A stretch of DNA of 64,000 bases from Phycisphaerae bacterium (GTDB lineage: Bacteria > Planctomycetota > Phycisphaerae > Phycisphaerales > SM1A02). Below the pieces are notes generated by a model. The model made no database searches. It was not told the origin of the DNA and worked only from the letters and a program-made list of their open reading frames with translations. The stretch is taken from contig PARI01000036.1 in assembly GCA_002711415.1 (NCBI GenBank), forward strand, positions 42,870 through 106,869. The letters are read 5' to 3'. Each line of letters opens with the position of its first letter. Within the stretch, counting starts at the first letter, position 1. Made by a program: the position numbers and the translations under genes. Below, piece after piece: positions 37,309 through 47,134 of the stretch.

Positions 37309-39376
37309 ACCAGCTGCCCAGGAGAATCCCCAGGTCGGTCCCGTCGACGATCAGGTCACCGTTGATGTCACCGGCAGGATCATTGGTGATCCACGCACCG
37401 AGCAGAATCGCAAGGTCGACCCCATTGACCAATCCGTCACCATCGAGGTCGCCGGGAATCGATGGAGGATCGGGTGGATTGTCCACCTGCGAATAGATGA
37501 GGCAGGAGTACGGTGGAATCGACATGAGGCCACTGAAGGGCATTCCATCCCAGGACTGGGATTCGCCGAAGGAGTCGTGACCGGGCAGGTTCGAGAAGTC
37601 GTCTGAATAGATTCCGGCATCGGAGTTGAAGACGATCTCCCATGTACCCTGCTGGGGCATCCCGATCCGGTAGTCCTGGAAGTAGCTTCCGGAGAAGTTC
37701 ATCACGACGACCACATCGTCGCCCTCACCACCGTTCATCCATCGATGAAAGGCGATCACCTTGTCATTGTCATTGACGTGGAAGACGTTGACGTTGTTTC
37801 CGGTCAGGCCGCGGGTGTTTCCGTTCCTGTTCAGCCTGAGCGTGATCAGGTCCTTGTACAGATGATGGATTCCCGAGTAGAGATCCAGCTTGTTCCAGTC
37901 CAACGGATCCTCGTCGGTGAACCAGCCGTCCTCGAGGAACTCCTGCCCCTGGAAGATCATCGGGATTCCAGGCGTGGTCATGACCAGGGCGCCTCCGAGC
38001 GTTGATCGCTTCTTGGAGTACCAGCTTCCGGCGTTGCCCGGCCAGATCTCCTCGGGAAGCCGCTGGTGGCCGTTGGCGACCTCGTCGTGGTTCTCAGTGT
38101 AGATGACCCTCTGGGTGTGCCAGCCATTGAATGAGTGGGTGATCGCCCCGTGGATCTCCCACATCTTCCGGTCGGAATCCGATGGCGTGATGAGATTCCA
38201 GCGAACTGGATGGACGAAGTCCGAATCGGTCTGCGCGTCGAACCCGGCGCCGCCTTCCCCGGTCGTCTTGGTGACCCAGTGGTTGTTGGCTCCATCCTCG
38301 GCGATGATGAGTTTCCACGAGGACAACGCGTTGACCTCGTCGTTGATCCACTGGAGAAGCGACCAGCCTTCGGGAAGATCGCCGCCATTCTCCCAGGGCG
38401 GATTTCCGTATCGCCTGATCCACTGGACGCCGTCGACTCGCAGCCCGTCCATGTGGAACTCCTCGAGCCACATGATCGCGTTGTCACGGATGTAGGAACG
38501 AACCTCTCCACGACCGTAGTCGGGCCTGGTGTCGCCCCATGCCGTCACCGCACGAAAATCGTTGTAGAAGTAGATGCCGCCCCATCCGTCCTGCGACCAT
38601 CCGTCGAACTGCCACATGTCCAGGTCGGTCGGCCCGAGGTGGTTGTACACGACGTCCATGATCACGGCGATGCCCCGCTGGTGGGCTTCGTCGACGAAGC
38701 GCTTCAGGCCGTCGGGTCCACCGTAGGAGCTCTCGACGGAGTACGGATGCGCAGGGTTGTAGCCCCACGAGAGTTCACCGGGAAACTCGCATACGGGCAT
38801 CAACTCGATCGCATTGATGCCGAGATCCTCGAGGTAGTCCAACCTCTGGATCGCATCGGAGAACTGTCCGGGAAGGAACTTGAAGCCCTCGGCACCGAAG
38901 GTTCCAAGGTGCATCTCGTAGATGACCATCTGGTTCCAGTACGGGGTGGAGAATCCCTGATCGTTCCACTGATAGTCCTCGGAATCGTAGATGATCGCCG
39001 GGCCGAGCGAGTTGACCAGTTGGCGTGCATGGGGATCGTTCCGCCAGAGCTGGTTGGACTGGTTGGTGATCACGAACTTGTATTCATACCCCGGGACCAG
39101 GTACGGGACGTCGACCGACCACCACCCATCTCCCTCGGGATACAGGGGATTGGCCGTTGCGCTCCAGTTGTTGAATCCGCCGGAGACGTGAACGGCATCG
39201 GCGAAGGGCGCCCAGACACGGAACGCGACACCGGGGACATGCTCCATCCAGGGAATTGCCCCCACCCCACCATACTCCGAAGGGCCGTCCTGGGCCCGAG
39301 CATGACCGGATGACAAGAGCAGTGACAGGCCTGCAGCCACGATCACGAACGATGCCCTTTGTCTTGCTGGAGTCAT
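37298..39376 (-). CDS. secreted GH13 alpha-amylase-family enzyme with N-terminal CBM48/E-set domain (branching-enzyme/TreZ-like) and dockerin-like tail
   Basis: Signal SFVIVAAGLSLLLSSGHARA. CBM48-like VAFRVWAPFADAVHVSGGFNNW. GH13 regions DVVYNHLGP, GLRVDGV, IIAEDG and YTENHDEV. The tail at 37301-37459 reads DLDGDGLVNGVDLAILLGAW..DINGDLIVDGTDLGILLGSW. Confidence 0.9.
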   Translation of the reverse strand: MTPARQRASFVIVAAGLSLLLSSGHARAQDGPSEYGGVGAIPWMEHVPGVAFRVWAPFADAVHVSGGFNNWSATANPLYPEGDGWWSVDVPYLVPGYEYKFVITNQSNQLWRNDPHARQLVNSLGPAIIYDSEDYQWNDQGFSTPYWNQMVIYEMHLGTFGAEGFKFLPGQFSDAIQRLDYLEDLGINAIELMPVCEFPGELSWGYNPAHPYSVESSYGGPDGLKRFVDEAHQRGIAVIMDVVYNHLGPTDLDMWQFDGWSQDGWGGIYFYNDFRAVTAWGDTRPDYGRGEVRSYIRDNAIMWLEEFHMDGLRVDGVQWIRRYGNPPWENGGDLPEGWSLLQWINDEVNALSSWKLIIAEDGANNHWVTKTTGEGGAGFDAQTDSDFVHPVRWNLITPSDSDRKMWEIHGAITHSFNGWHTQRVIYTENHDEVANGHQRLPEEIWPGNAGSWYSKKRSTLGGALVMTTPGIPMIFQGQEFLEDGWFTDEDPLDWNKLDLYSGIHHLYKDLITLRLNRNGNTRGLTGNNVNVFHVNDNDKVIAFHRWMNGGEGDDVVVVMNFSGSYFQDYRIGMPQQGTWEIVFNSDAGIYSDDFSNLPGHDSFGESQSWDGMPFSGLMSIPPYSCLIYSQVDNPPDPPSIPGDLDGDGLVNGVDLAILLGAWITNDPAGDINGDLIVDGTDLGILLGSWFSR

Positions 39377-39474
39377 GGTTCAATTCTACCGGGGCCGATG
39401 GTGAATGCAAAGGAAACCGCACCATGCACCGCCTGGCATGTCAATTCCCTGTTACTGGACCCAGTCCGGAACTC

Positions 39475-39927
39475 CTACTTCACAAAGGAAATGGACAACG
39501 GGTACTTGTAGATCCGTCGTTCGGATGCGGCCATACACGCGAGAATTCCGAAGATCAGGTCCAGCACCACGATGGCCAGCATCAGGAAGTACCCGATGCA
39601 GATCAAGGCCAGGGGAATCGAGCAGATGATGGCGATCGTCAACGTGATCTGGAAGTTCAACGCCGCCTTGGTGTTGGCCACGACGAACTCGGTTCCCTCC
39701 TCGGTCCGGTCCTTGCCGATCAGGTAGAGGATCAGGGGTCCGATCAGGCCCGTGATGATCCCGAGCAGGTGAGCGAGCATCGCGATGTTGACCGCTTCCT
39801 GGGGAATATCCCCTGCGGATGGGGATTCCACCGCCTCATGGTTCCCGGCGGTCGCTCCCTTCTCGGGCTCGACGACGGATCCGTCGTCCTGTTCGTTCTG
39901 ATTGTTCTGAGTGTTCTGGTCGTCCAT
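39475..39927 (-). CDS. DUF4870-family small membrane protein
   Basis: N-terminal Q/N/D-rich region followed by AMLAHLLGIITGLIGPLILYLI...ALNFQITL, the pattern of DUF4870. Confidence 0.7.
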   Translation of the reverse strand: MDDQNTQNNQNEQDDGSVVEPEKGATAGNHEAVESPSAGDIPQEAVNIAMLAHLLGIITGLIGPLILYLIGKDRTEEGTEFVVANTKAALNFQITLTIAIICSIPLALICIGYFLMLAIVVLDLIFGILACMAASERRIYKYPLSISFVK

Positions 39928-40078
39928 GGGGCGCTCCGTAGATGCAATCAGGGTAAATGAAGCCCTGGGATTCCCGGGCTTGTTCTGCAAATATTGTATT
40001 CAACGGCCCCGCATGCCGATAGGGCCAATGCAGGCATGGCGACACGAGTACTCACCGAACCCTTTCAGGGGCGGACAC

Positions 40079-40579
40079 ATGAAACAGCTCCTGCTGCTGC
40101 GGCATGCGAAGAGCAGCTGGGACGAGCCCGGCATCAGCGATCATGATCGACCACTGAACAACAGGGGACGTCGCAACGCACCGGCCATGGGCGGCGTGAT
40201 CATGAGCGAGGGGATCGTCCCGGACCTGATCGTTTCGTCCACGGCCACCCGGACACGGGAGACGGTCGAACTGGTCTCGGCAGAATTCGATGCCGACGTG
40301 CAGATCGTGTTCGATGAAGCGATCTACCACGCGGCACCAGGAACATTGATGGCCAGGATCAGGACGACCCCTGACCAGGTGGGAACACTGATGCTCGTCG
40401 GCCACAATCCGGGCATGGAGGAACTCGTGCACCAGCTGACCGGAAAGTTCGAGTCATTCCCCACAGGTGCGCTGGCTGCGATGTCGATCGACACCGATCA
40501 GTGGAGCGACTTTGGTCTCGTTGATCTGGTGATGAACCAGCTCGGCCTGTGGAAACCACGGGAACTCGAGGACGATTGA
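40079..40579 (+). CDS. SixA-like histidine phosphatase family protein
   Basis: LLLLRHAKS catalytic RHG-type motif, RPLNNRGRRNA, and GHNPG. Confidence 0.8.
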   Translation: MKQLLLLRHAKSSWDEPGISDHDRPLNNRGRRNAPAMGGVIMSEGIVPDLIVSSTATRTRETVELVSAEFDADVQIVFDEAIYHAAPGTLMARIRTTPDQVGTLMLVGHNPGMEELVHQLTGKFESFPTGALAAMSIDTDQWSDFGLVDLVMNQLGLWKPRELEDD

Positions 40580-40589
40580 TTCCGGTCTC

Positions 40590-41483
40590 TCAAGACCCCT
40601 TCCAACCGGACAGGTCCTGGCCGAGTCGCTGCTCCAACGCCTCGGTGTCCGCTCGGTAGATCTCCCGCAACGACTGGTGCAGAGACGGGGAGAGCCGCGG
40701 GCGGCCCGGATCCGGAAGGATCTTCCCGAGCATGTTCCGACCAAGACCGATCGGATAGCGCAGAAGCCGGCTCACCGGATTGGTCCGCTTCAACTGGAAC
40801 CCCCCGCTTTCTGACCATCGATGCACCAGCGGCGAGGTCGCCCTGTTGTAGCGGACCAGCATGGGTGAATAGGGCGCCTTCATGGGCCTTGAATCCAGTG
40901 ACGGTGCCTTGAAGTCATCGGCAACACCGATGAACCGGTACAGCTGCGCAAGAGCCTCAGCCGGATCCCGCTTGATGCTCTCGAACACCAGGACGGAGAT
41001 CCGATCACGTGGGTAGTACGCCTCGAGACCGGTGAGATGACGATCGTAGAACCCGAAGTCGACGACCTGGTGAGCCCGGGGATGCTCCTTCCAACCGCCC
41101 TCGATGATGATCCTCAGACCCTCCTCGATCGGGACCATCGGGATGAAGCGGGCGGACATGTAGTGGTAGTACGCGGAGACGGCTCGCTCGATTGGATCCC
41201 TGAGGATGGCGATGTGCTTCAGATCGGGGTAATGCCCGTGGATGCGACGGGGAAACTCCGGGTGCCCGAGCATGTCCGGCCGCTTGACCCCGAGAACCTG
41301 GCCGTCTGCGGCTGGCGTGAACCATGCCTCGAACTCGTCGAGACGGTCCGGATCGTAGAAGGCATCCTCGAAGAACGAGACCTCGGTCGCGGGCATGTAG
41401 ATGTCCGGATGCTCCCTGAGACAGTTCAGCAGGAATGTGGACCCACCTTTCTGCGTGCCGATGACGAAGAAATCAAGCTTCAT
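40590..41483 (-). CDS. sulfotransferase-domain protein
   Basis: The start at MKLDFFVIGTQKGGSTFL gives the PAPS 5'-phosphosulfate-binding loop. A downstream RDPIERAVS (3'-phosphate-binding) motif is present. Confidence 0.8.
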   Translation of the reverse strand: MKLDFFVIGTQKGGSTFLLNCLREHPDIYMPATEVSFFEDAFYDPDRLDEFEAWFTPAADGQVLGVKRPDMLGHPEFPRRIHGHYPDLKHIAILRDPIERAVSAYYHYMSARFIPMVPIEEGLRIIIEGGWKEHPRAHQVVDFGFYDRHLTGLEAYYPRDRISVLVFESIKRDPAEALAQLYRFIGVADDFKAPSLDSRPMKAPYSPMLVRYNRATSPLVHRWSESGGFQLKRTNPVSRLLRYPIGLGRNMLGKILPDPGRPRLSPSLHQSLREIYRADTEALEQRLGQDLSGWKGS

Positions 41484-41559
41484 TGGATCCACCTGGTGCT
41501 CACTTGGTGTCCGAGGAGTCCTGACCTCTTCATCGGCAATCGGAAGGTTCAAGGCGTAC

Positions 41560-41982
41560 TCATTGATTTCGCATGAAATCGGCCACGTGGGCGAATCGTT
41601 CGTCGAGAAAGTCACGGATCGGACCTTCGATCCGAAGCTGGTCCATCGCCATCGACATGCACTGGAGCCACTGGTCCCGCTCGACGACACCGATTGCGAA
41701 TGGCATGTGTCGGGCCCTCAGCTTCGGATGACCATGCACCCGTTCGTAGAGGGGTGGCCCCCCAAGCCAGCCCGAAAGGAACATGTGGAACTTCTCCCTG
41801 CTCTGGCCCAGGTCCTCCGGGTGGAGTTGTCGAACCTGGGTGAACCGTGGATCGGAATCCATGTGATCGTAGAAGGCGTCCGCGAGTTCACGGACACGTG
41901 CTTCACCACCGAGCGCATCGTAGGGTGTGTTGTCCGAGCCGAAGGGCTGCTCAGCCCCGGTCCTGCTGCTGGAGTTCGACAT
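41560..41982 (-). CDS. glbO: group II truncated haemoglobin
   Basis: TPYDALGGEARVRELADAFYDHM.., FLSGWLGGPPLY, the proximal-His region RARHMPF, and ERDQWL. Confidence 0.85.
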   Translation of the reverse strand: MSNSSSRTGAEQPFGSDNTPYDALGGEARVRELADAFYDHMDSDPRFTQVRQLHPEDLGQSREKFHMFLSGWLGGPPLYERVHGHPKLRARHMPFAIGVVERDQWLQCMSMAMDQLRIEGPIRDFLDERFAHVADFMRNQ

Positions 41983-44900
41983 TGAAGTACTTCGCTGAGG
42001 GATGATGAACGATGATAGCGCTGGTGCTCTGCTCCGGATCGATCTGCCAGTTCTCGGTCAGCACGCACCCGATCCTCGATGGATCGATCAGGTCGAAGAG
42101 CTTCTGCTGGTCAGACATGTCGGGGCAGGCGGGATAGCCGAAGCTGTAGCGACTCCCCCTGTAGCCCTGGGTGAACAGTTCACGGACGGTCGCTGCGTCA
42201 TCGGACTCAATTCCGAGTTCCCGCCGGATCCTGGCGTGCCAGAGTTCCGCCAGGGCCTCGGCGGTCTCGACACCCATGCCATGGACGAAGAGATACTCCT
42301 GGTAGGCGTCGTCCTCGAAGAGGATCCGGGCACGTCTGGACACCTCGTTGCCCATGGTGACGCAGTGGAACCCGATCACGTCCAGGACACCGCTGTCCAC
42401 GGGCCTGAAGAAGTCGCTGATACACCGGCGCTGCCTGGCATGCTGCCTCGGGAAGGAGAATCGCTGGATGACGCGCTCAGCATCCTTCGGGTCGTACACC
42501 AGCAGGTCGTTCCCTTCGCTGTTGCAGTGGAAGTATCCCCAGACGACCTCGGGCCGGAGGACGCCTTCATCCTTCAACTGGTGCTTCAACCGCTCGAGCA
42601 CCGGCTCGGCCTCGGTTCTGATCGACTCCTCGTACTCCTCCTTGTCCATGCTTCCACGCTTGAACCCCCACTGCCCACGGAACAACGCGGTCGTGTTGAT
42701 GTACGGGTAGATCTCGTCCAGGTCGATCTCTCGCTGGACACGGCTGCCCAGGAACGGCGGGGACGGGACATCGGTCTCCTGGAGCGGACCCGGCTCCGAC
42801 GTCGCCTGGGTCGGTGCTGTTGATGCCGGACGCGCCGGGGCCGGGGCCGGCTTCCTGTCCAGTCGCTGCTGCACCTGGTCATCGAGCTCACCGAGGGTTC
42901 CAGCAGCGATGTGCTCGCAGATGTTCAGGCCATCGAATGCATCCTTGCCGTAGTACAGCGGGCCGTCGTAGAGCGATCGCAGGTGTCCCTCGGCGTAGTT
43001 GCGGGTCAGGGCGGCGCCACCGAGCAGGATCGTCGGCTTCAATCCACGTGCATTGAGCTCCTTGAGGTTCTCCTCCATCACCATGACGCTCTTGACCAGC
43101 AGGCCGGACATCCCGATCGCATCCGCCCCGGTCCGCTCGAACTCGGCGAGGATCTCCGACAGGGGCTGCTTGATCCCGATGTTGTGAACCGTGAAGCCGT
43201 TGTTGGAGAGGATGATGTCGACCAGGTTCTTACCGATGTCGTGCACGTCTCCCTTGACCGTGGCCAGGACGATCGACCCCCGGGTACTGCCATCGACCCG
43301 GTCCATAAGGGGCTCCAGGAACGCCACGGCGGCCTTCATCGACTCGGCCGACTGGAGCACGAACGGGAGTTGCATCTGGCCGCTGCCAAAGAGTTCCCCG
43401 ACCACACGCATACCATCCAGGAGATGGTCGTTGATGATCTCCAGGGGCGTGTAAAGCCCAAGGGCCTCCTTGAGTGTCTTTTCCAGGTCCTGCCGGTCGC
43501 CTTCGATGATGTGGTCACGCAATCGCTGCTCGACCGTCAGCGTCGACTTGGGCACCTTGTCACTGGCCTGGGCTTCATCGCCGGAGAAGAGCTCGACGAA
43601 TGCCTGGAGTGGATCGAACGCCTCGTTATTGATCCCGTCGGGCAGCCCGGTGCCACCGAGTGACTCGTGCCGTCGATCGTAGATCAGGTCCAGCGCGGCG
43701 TTCTTGCGATCCTCGCTGATCCTGGCAAGTGGCAGTATCTTGCTCGCGTGAACGATGGCGCTGGTCATGCCTGCCTTGATCAGCTCATCCAGGAAGACCG
43801 AGTTGAGCACCACTCGAGCCGCCGGCGAAAGACCGAAGCTGACGTTGCTGAGGCCACAGGTGATCTGGCTTGATGGGAACTCGGTCGAAATCAGCCGCGT
43901 CCCCTCGATCAACTCGAGGCCGCTGCGTCGATCCTCCTCCATGCCGGTAGAGATCGGAAGAACCAGCGGGTCGAAGAAGATGTCCGCGGGGTCAAGGCCG
44001 TGATGCTCGACGGCTCGGGCGAAACCACGCCTGGCGATCTCGAGCTTCCGGTCGGCGGTCCTGGCCATCGCCGCCTCCTCGTCCTCGTCGATCGAACCAA
44101 TGACCAGGGCGGCTCCGTAGGTCGTCGCGATGGCGCAGATCTGGTCGAACTTGTCCTGACCGTCCTCGAAGTTGGCCGAGTTGATGATGCACTTGCCGCC
44201 GCAGTGTCGAAGCCCCGCCTCGATGGTACCGATCTGCGTCGAGTCGATCATCATCGGGACCGTCAGCTGCTGCGTGGCCCGCGAGGCGATCTCCTCCATG
44301 TCCGCGATGTTGTCCCGGCCGGCATAGTCGACATTCAGGTCGAGCACGTTGGCGCCCTCACGGACCTGATCACGGCCGATCGAAATGACCTGGTCCCAGT
44401 CCTCCTGCTCCAACAGGCGCTTGAACTTGCGGCTACCCGATGCGTTCATCCGTTCGCCGACAATCAGGAAGGAGTTCTCCTGCCGGTAGTCCATCGCGGA
44501 ATAGAGGGAACTGCAGGATGGCAGCTTCACCGGCTCACGGACCGCACGCTGGACCCGGGTTCGAGCGCGATCAAGGGCGGCGATGTGCTCGGTGGTTGTC
44601 CCACAGCAGCCGCCGATGACATCCACGCCGAGTTCCTCGATGTACCGGCTGACCACCGTCGCCATTGGATCCGGCTCGAGAGGAAACCGGGTCTGCCCCT
44701 GCTCAAGCCGCGGGAGGCCCGCATTGGGAACGACCGAGATGAACCTGTCCCAGTGACGGGAGAGGTATTCCATGTGCTCGAACATCTCCTCGGGACCCGT
44801 GGCACAGTTGAGCCCGAGCCCGGAGATCGGGTATGGCTGCAGGGAGGTGACGACGGAGGAGATGTGGGAACCCAGGAGCATCGTCCCCGTCGTCTCGATC

Positions 44901-45490
44901 GTCACGCTGACGAAGATCGGCACATCCATCGGGGTCCGACCAACCTTGTCCAGGGCGGCAAGACACGCATTGATCGCGCACTTGACCTGCAAGAGGTCCT
45001 GGCAGGTCTCGATCAGGAAGGCGTCGGCTCCACCGGCGATCAGGCCCTCGGCCTGGATGGCATAGCTCTGGAGCATCCGCTCCCAACCGACCTGCTTCAG
45101 GGAGATCAGCTTCGTCCCCGGCCCCATGGAACCAAACACGAATCGCGGACGGTCAGCAGTCGAGTATTCGTCGCAGCAAGCCCGGGCCAGTTCAGCCGCC
45201 TCGACGTTGAACTGGCGTGTCTGCTGGACCAGTTCCTCGCCGAACTCACCGAACACCAGTTCGTTGGCTCCGAACGTGTTGGTCTCCACCGCATCGGATC
45301 CAGCCTCGAGAAAACTGCGATGGATTCCTCCGACCAGTTCGGGCCGTGTCCTAACGAGCACGTCGACGCAGTTCTCGTGTCCGAGGTAATCCCGGTCCAG
45401 GTGCACATCCTCGGCCTGGAGGGCTGAGCCCATGGCACCGTCAAGGAGGAGGACTCCCCGGGAGATTCGCTGGATCAATGGACATTGCAT
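41951..45490 (-). CDS. metH: cobalamin-dependent methionine synthase
   Basis: 1179 aa with Hcy-binding, pterin-binding, B12-binding (GDVHDIGKN) and AdoMet-activation domains in canonical order. Confidence 0.95.
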   Translation of the reverse strand: MQCPLIQRISRGVLLLDGAMGSALQAEDVHLDRDYLGHENCVDVLVRTRPELVGGIHRSFLEAGSDAVETNTFGANELVFGEFGEELVQQTRQFNVEAAELARACCDEYSTADRPRFVFGSMGPGTKLISLKQVGWERMLQSYAIQAEGLIAGGADAFLIETCQDLLQVKCAINACLAALDKVGRTPMDVPIFVSVTIETTGTMLLGSHISSVVTSLQPYPISGLGLNCATGPEEMFEHMEYLSRHWDRFISVVPNAGLPRLEQGQTRFPLEPDPMATVVSRYIEELGVDVIGGCCGTTTEHIAALDRARTRVQRAVREPVKLPSCSSLYSAMDYRQENSFLIVGERMNASGSRKFKRLLEQEDWDQVISIGRDQVREGANVLDLNVDYAGRDNIADMEEIASRATQQLTVPMMIDSTQIGTIEAGLRHCGGKCIINSANFEDGQDKFDQICAIATTYGAALVIGSIDEDEEAAMARTADRKLEIARRGFARAVEHHGLDPADIFFDPLVLPISTGMEEDRRSGLELIEGTRLISTEFPSSQITCGLSNVSFGLSPAARVVLNSVFLDELIKAGMTSAIVHASKILPLARISEDRKNAALDLIYDRRHESLGGTGLPDGINNEAFDPLQAFVELFSGDEAQASDKVPKSTLTVEQRLRDHIIEGDRQDLEKTLKEALGLYTPLEIINDHLLDGMRVVGELFGSGQMQLPFVLQSAESMKAAVAFLEPLMDRVDGSTRGSIVLATVKGDVHDIGKNLVDIILSNNGFTVHNIGIKQPLSEILAEFERTGADAIGMSGLLVKSVMVMEENLKELNARGLKPTILLGGAALTRNYAEGHLRSLYDGPLYYGKDAFDGLNICEHIAAGTLGELDDQVQQRLDRKPAPAPARPASTAPTQATSEPGPLQETDVPSPPFLGSRVQREIDLDEIYPYINTTALFRGQWGFKRGSMDKEEYEESIRTEAEPVLERLKHQLKDEGVLRPEVVWGYFHCNSEGNDLLVYDPKDAERVIQRFSFPRQHARQRRCISDFFRPVDSGVLDVIGFHCVTMGNEVSRRARILFEDDAYQEYLFVHGMGVETAEALAELWHARIRRELGIESDDAATVRELFTQGYRGSRYSFGYPACPDMSDQQKLFDLIDPSRIGCVLTENWQIDPEQSTSAIIVHHPSAKYFNVELQQQDRG

Positions 45491-45628
45491 CTGGTGGCAG
45501 GATAGAAGCCAGAGCCCGGGCTTTCAACCTATCATCGGATGAACGGGTGAACATGGGCCCGCCGGTTCTTCCAGCGAACATCCTGCATGCTAGGATTCAG
45601 GACCCACACCAGCAACATTGGAGCCGAC

Positions 45629-47089
45629 ATGTTCAACCGCTCTCATGGCCGCCGTGTTCTTGCAGGCATGTTCACCGTCGGCTTGTGCCTTCTCAGCGGA
45701 TGTCACAGCCCCCAGGAGGGCCGATCGACTCCAGCAGTGAATTCCGAAACCCGGGAGCAGTTGGACGCCCAGCGGAAGGCGATGATCGAGGTGTGGGAAC
45801 TGGTGGAGCAGACCCACTTCGATCGCACGTTCAATGGGCATGACTGGGACCAGGTGAAGGTCGAGGCGATCCGGGAATCGATGGACGCCACCAGCAGCGA
45901 ACAGATCCTCACGATCACCATCGGGATGATCAGGAAGCTCGGCCAGTCACATTTCAGCATCATCCCCGCCTCGTACTACGAACTTGAAGAACCGTCCGGA
46001 TCAGGCAGTGATGAGCAGGTCGAAGGTAAATCGACCGAGGAGATCACCGCCAAGGAGGACGGGGAGGGATCCGTGGGCATCGACGCCCGGATCGGACCAA
46101 GTGGAATCATGGTCGTCGACGTGACCCGTGAGAGTTCCGCATGCCAGGCTGGTGTCAGGCCGGGCATGATCATCACTTCGATTGACGGCCAATCAATGGA
46201 CACCTTCGTCCAGGACGTTCAGGAACGAACCAGCAGCAGGGGCATCGGATCACTCGACCTCTACGAGCTCAACAGCATCGTCACACGAAGGCTCTCGGGC
46301 CCGGTCGACAGCACGGTTGAACTGGCGCTGGAGGATGTCGATGGGAATCAACAGGCCGTGGAACTGTCACGACAGTGGGTTCCAAGCCAGATGTTCAAGT
46401 TCGGCAACCTTCCGGAGATCCCGATCCAGTTCGAAGCCGGTCTGCTCGAACCCGATGAATTGGAGCGGATCGGGATGGATCCGGACACTGGCCAACGGAT
46501 CGCGATGATCTCGTTCTCGGGCTGGTTCACCCCGATCATCATGCCGTTCAACAAGGCGATCGACCGGTACCGGGATGCCGACGGCATCATCATCGACCTC
46601 AGGGGCAACCCGGGCGGCATTGCCGGACTGGCCACTGGGATCGGCGGGCACTTCTTCGAGGAACCGATCAACCTGGGCACCATGCAGTCACCCGGCGGCA
46701 CACTCAACATGAGAGTCAACCCGAGAATCGTCTCGACGGAGAACGAACTGGTCACCCCATACGGCGGACCCGTGGCGATCCTGGTCGACAGCATGTCAGG
46801 CAGCACTTCGGAGATGTTCGCCGGAGGTCTCCAGGAAGCCGGACGTGCACGGGTCTTCGGTCAGACCACCGCAGGGGCCGTCCTGCCAGCGGCGATGAAC
46901 AGGCTCTCCAACGGGGACGTGCTGCTGCATGCGATCGCCGACTTCAAAACTCCTGGCGGGGTTCGGCTCGAGGGTGTCGGGACGGTTCCCGATCACGAGA
47001 TCCCCCTTGACCCGGCACTCTACGCCCGGGAACAGGACCCGACGCTGCGTGCTGCGGTAGACTGGATCATCCTCGAGGACACCCGCTGA
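45629..47089 (+). CDS. S41-family (C-terminal processing/tricorn-core-like) peptidase lipoprotein with PDZ domain
   Basis: GGAG lies 6 nt before ATG 45629. Lipobox CLLSGCHS. GIIIDLRGNPGGI and the catalytic-Ser region SGSTSEMFAGG. Confidence 0.85.
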   Translation: MFNRSHGRRVLAGMFTVGLCLLSGCHSPQEGRSTPAVNSETREQLDAQRKAMIEVWELVEQTHFDRTFNGHDWDQVKVEAIRESMDATSSEQILTITIGMIRKLGQSHFSIIPASYYELEEPSGSGSDEQVEGKSTEEITAKEDGEGSVGIDARIGPSGIMVVDVTRESSACQAGVRPGMIITSIDGQSMDTFVQDVQERTSSRGIGSLDLYELNSIVTRRLSGPVDSTVELALEDVDGNQQAVELSRQWVPSQMFKFGNLPEIPIQFEAGLLEPDELERIGMDPDTGQRIAMISFSGWFTPIIMPFNKAIDRYRDADGIIIDLRGNPGGIAGLATGIGGHFFEEPINLGTMQSPGGTLNMRVNPRIVSTENELVTPYGGPVAILVDSMSGSTSEMFAGGLQEAGRARVFGQTTAGAVLPAAMNRLSNGDVLLHAIADFKTPGGVRLEGVGTVPDHEIPLDPALYAREQDPTLRAAVDWIILEDTR

Positions 47090-47134
47090 CCTTGATATTC
47101 ATGCACTCAACTCAAAACGATTGAAGGATTCGCG

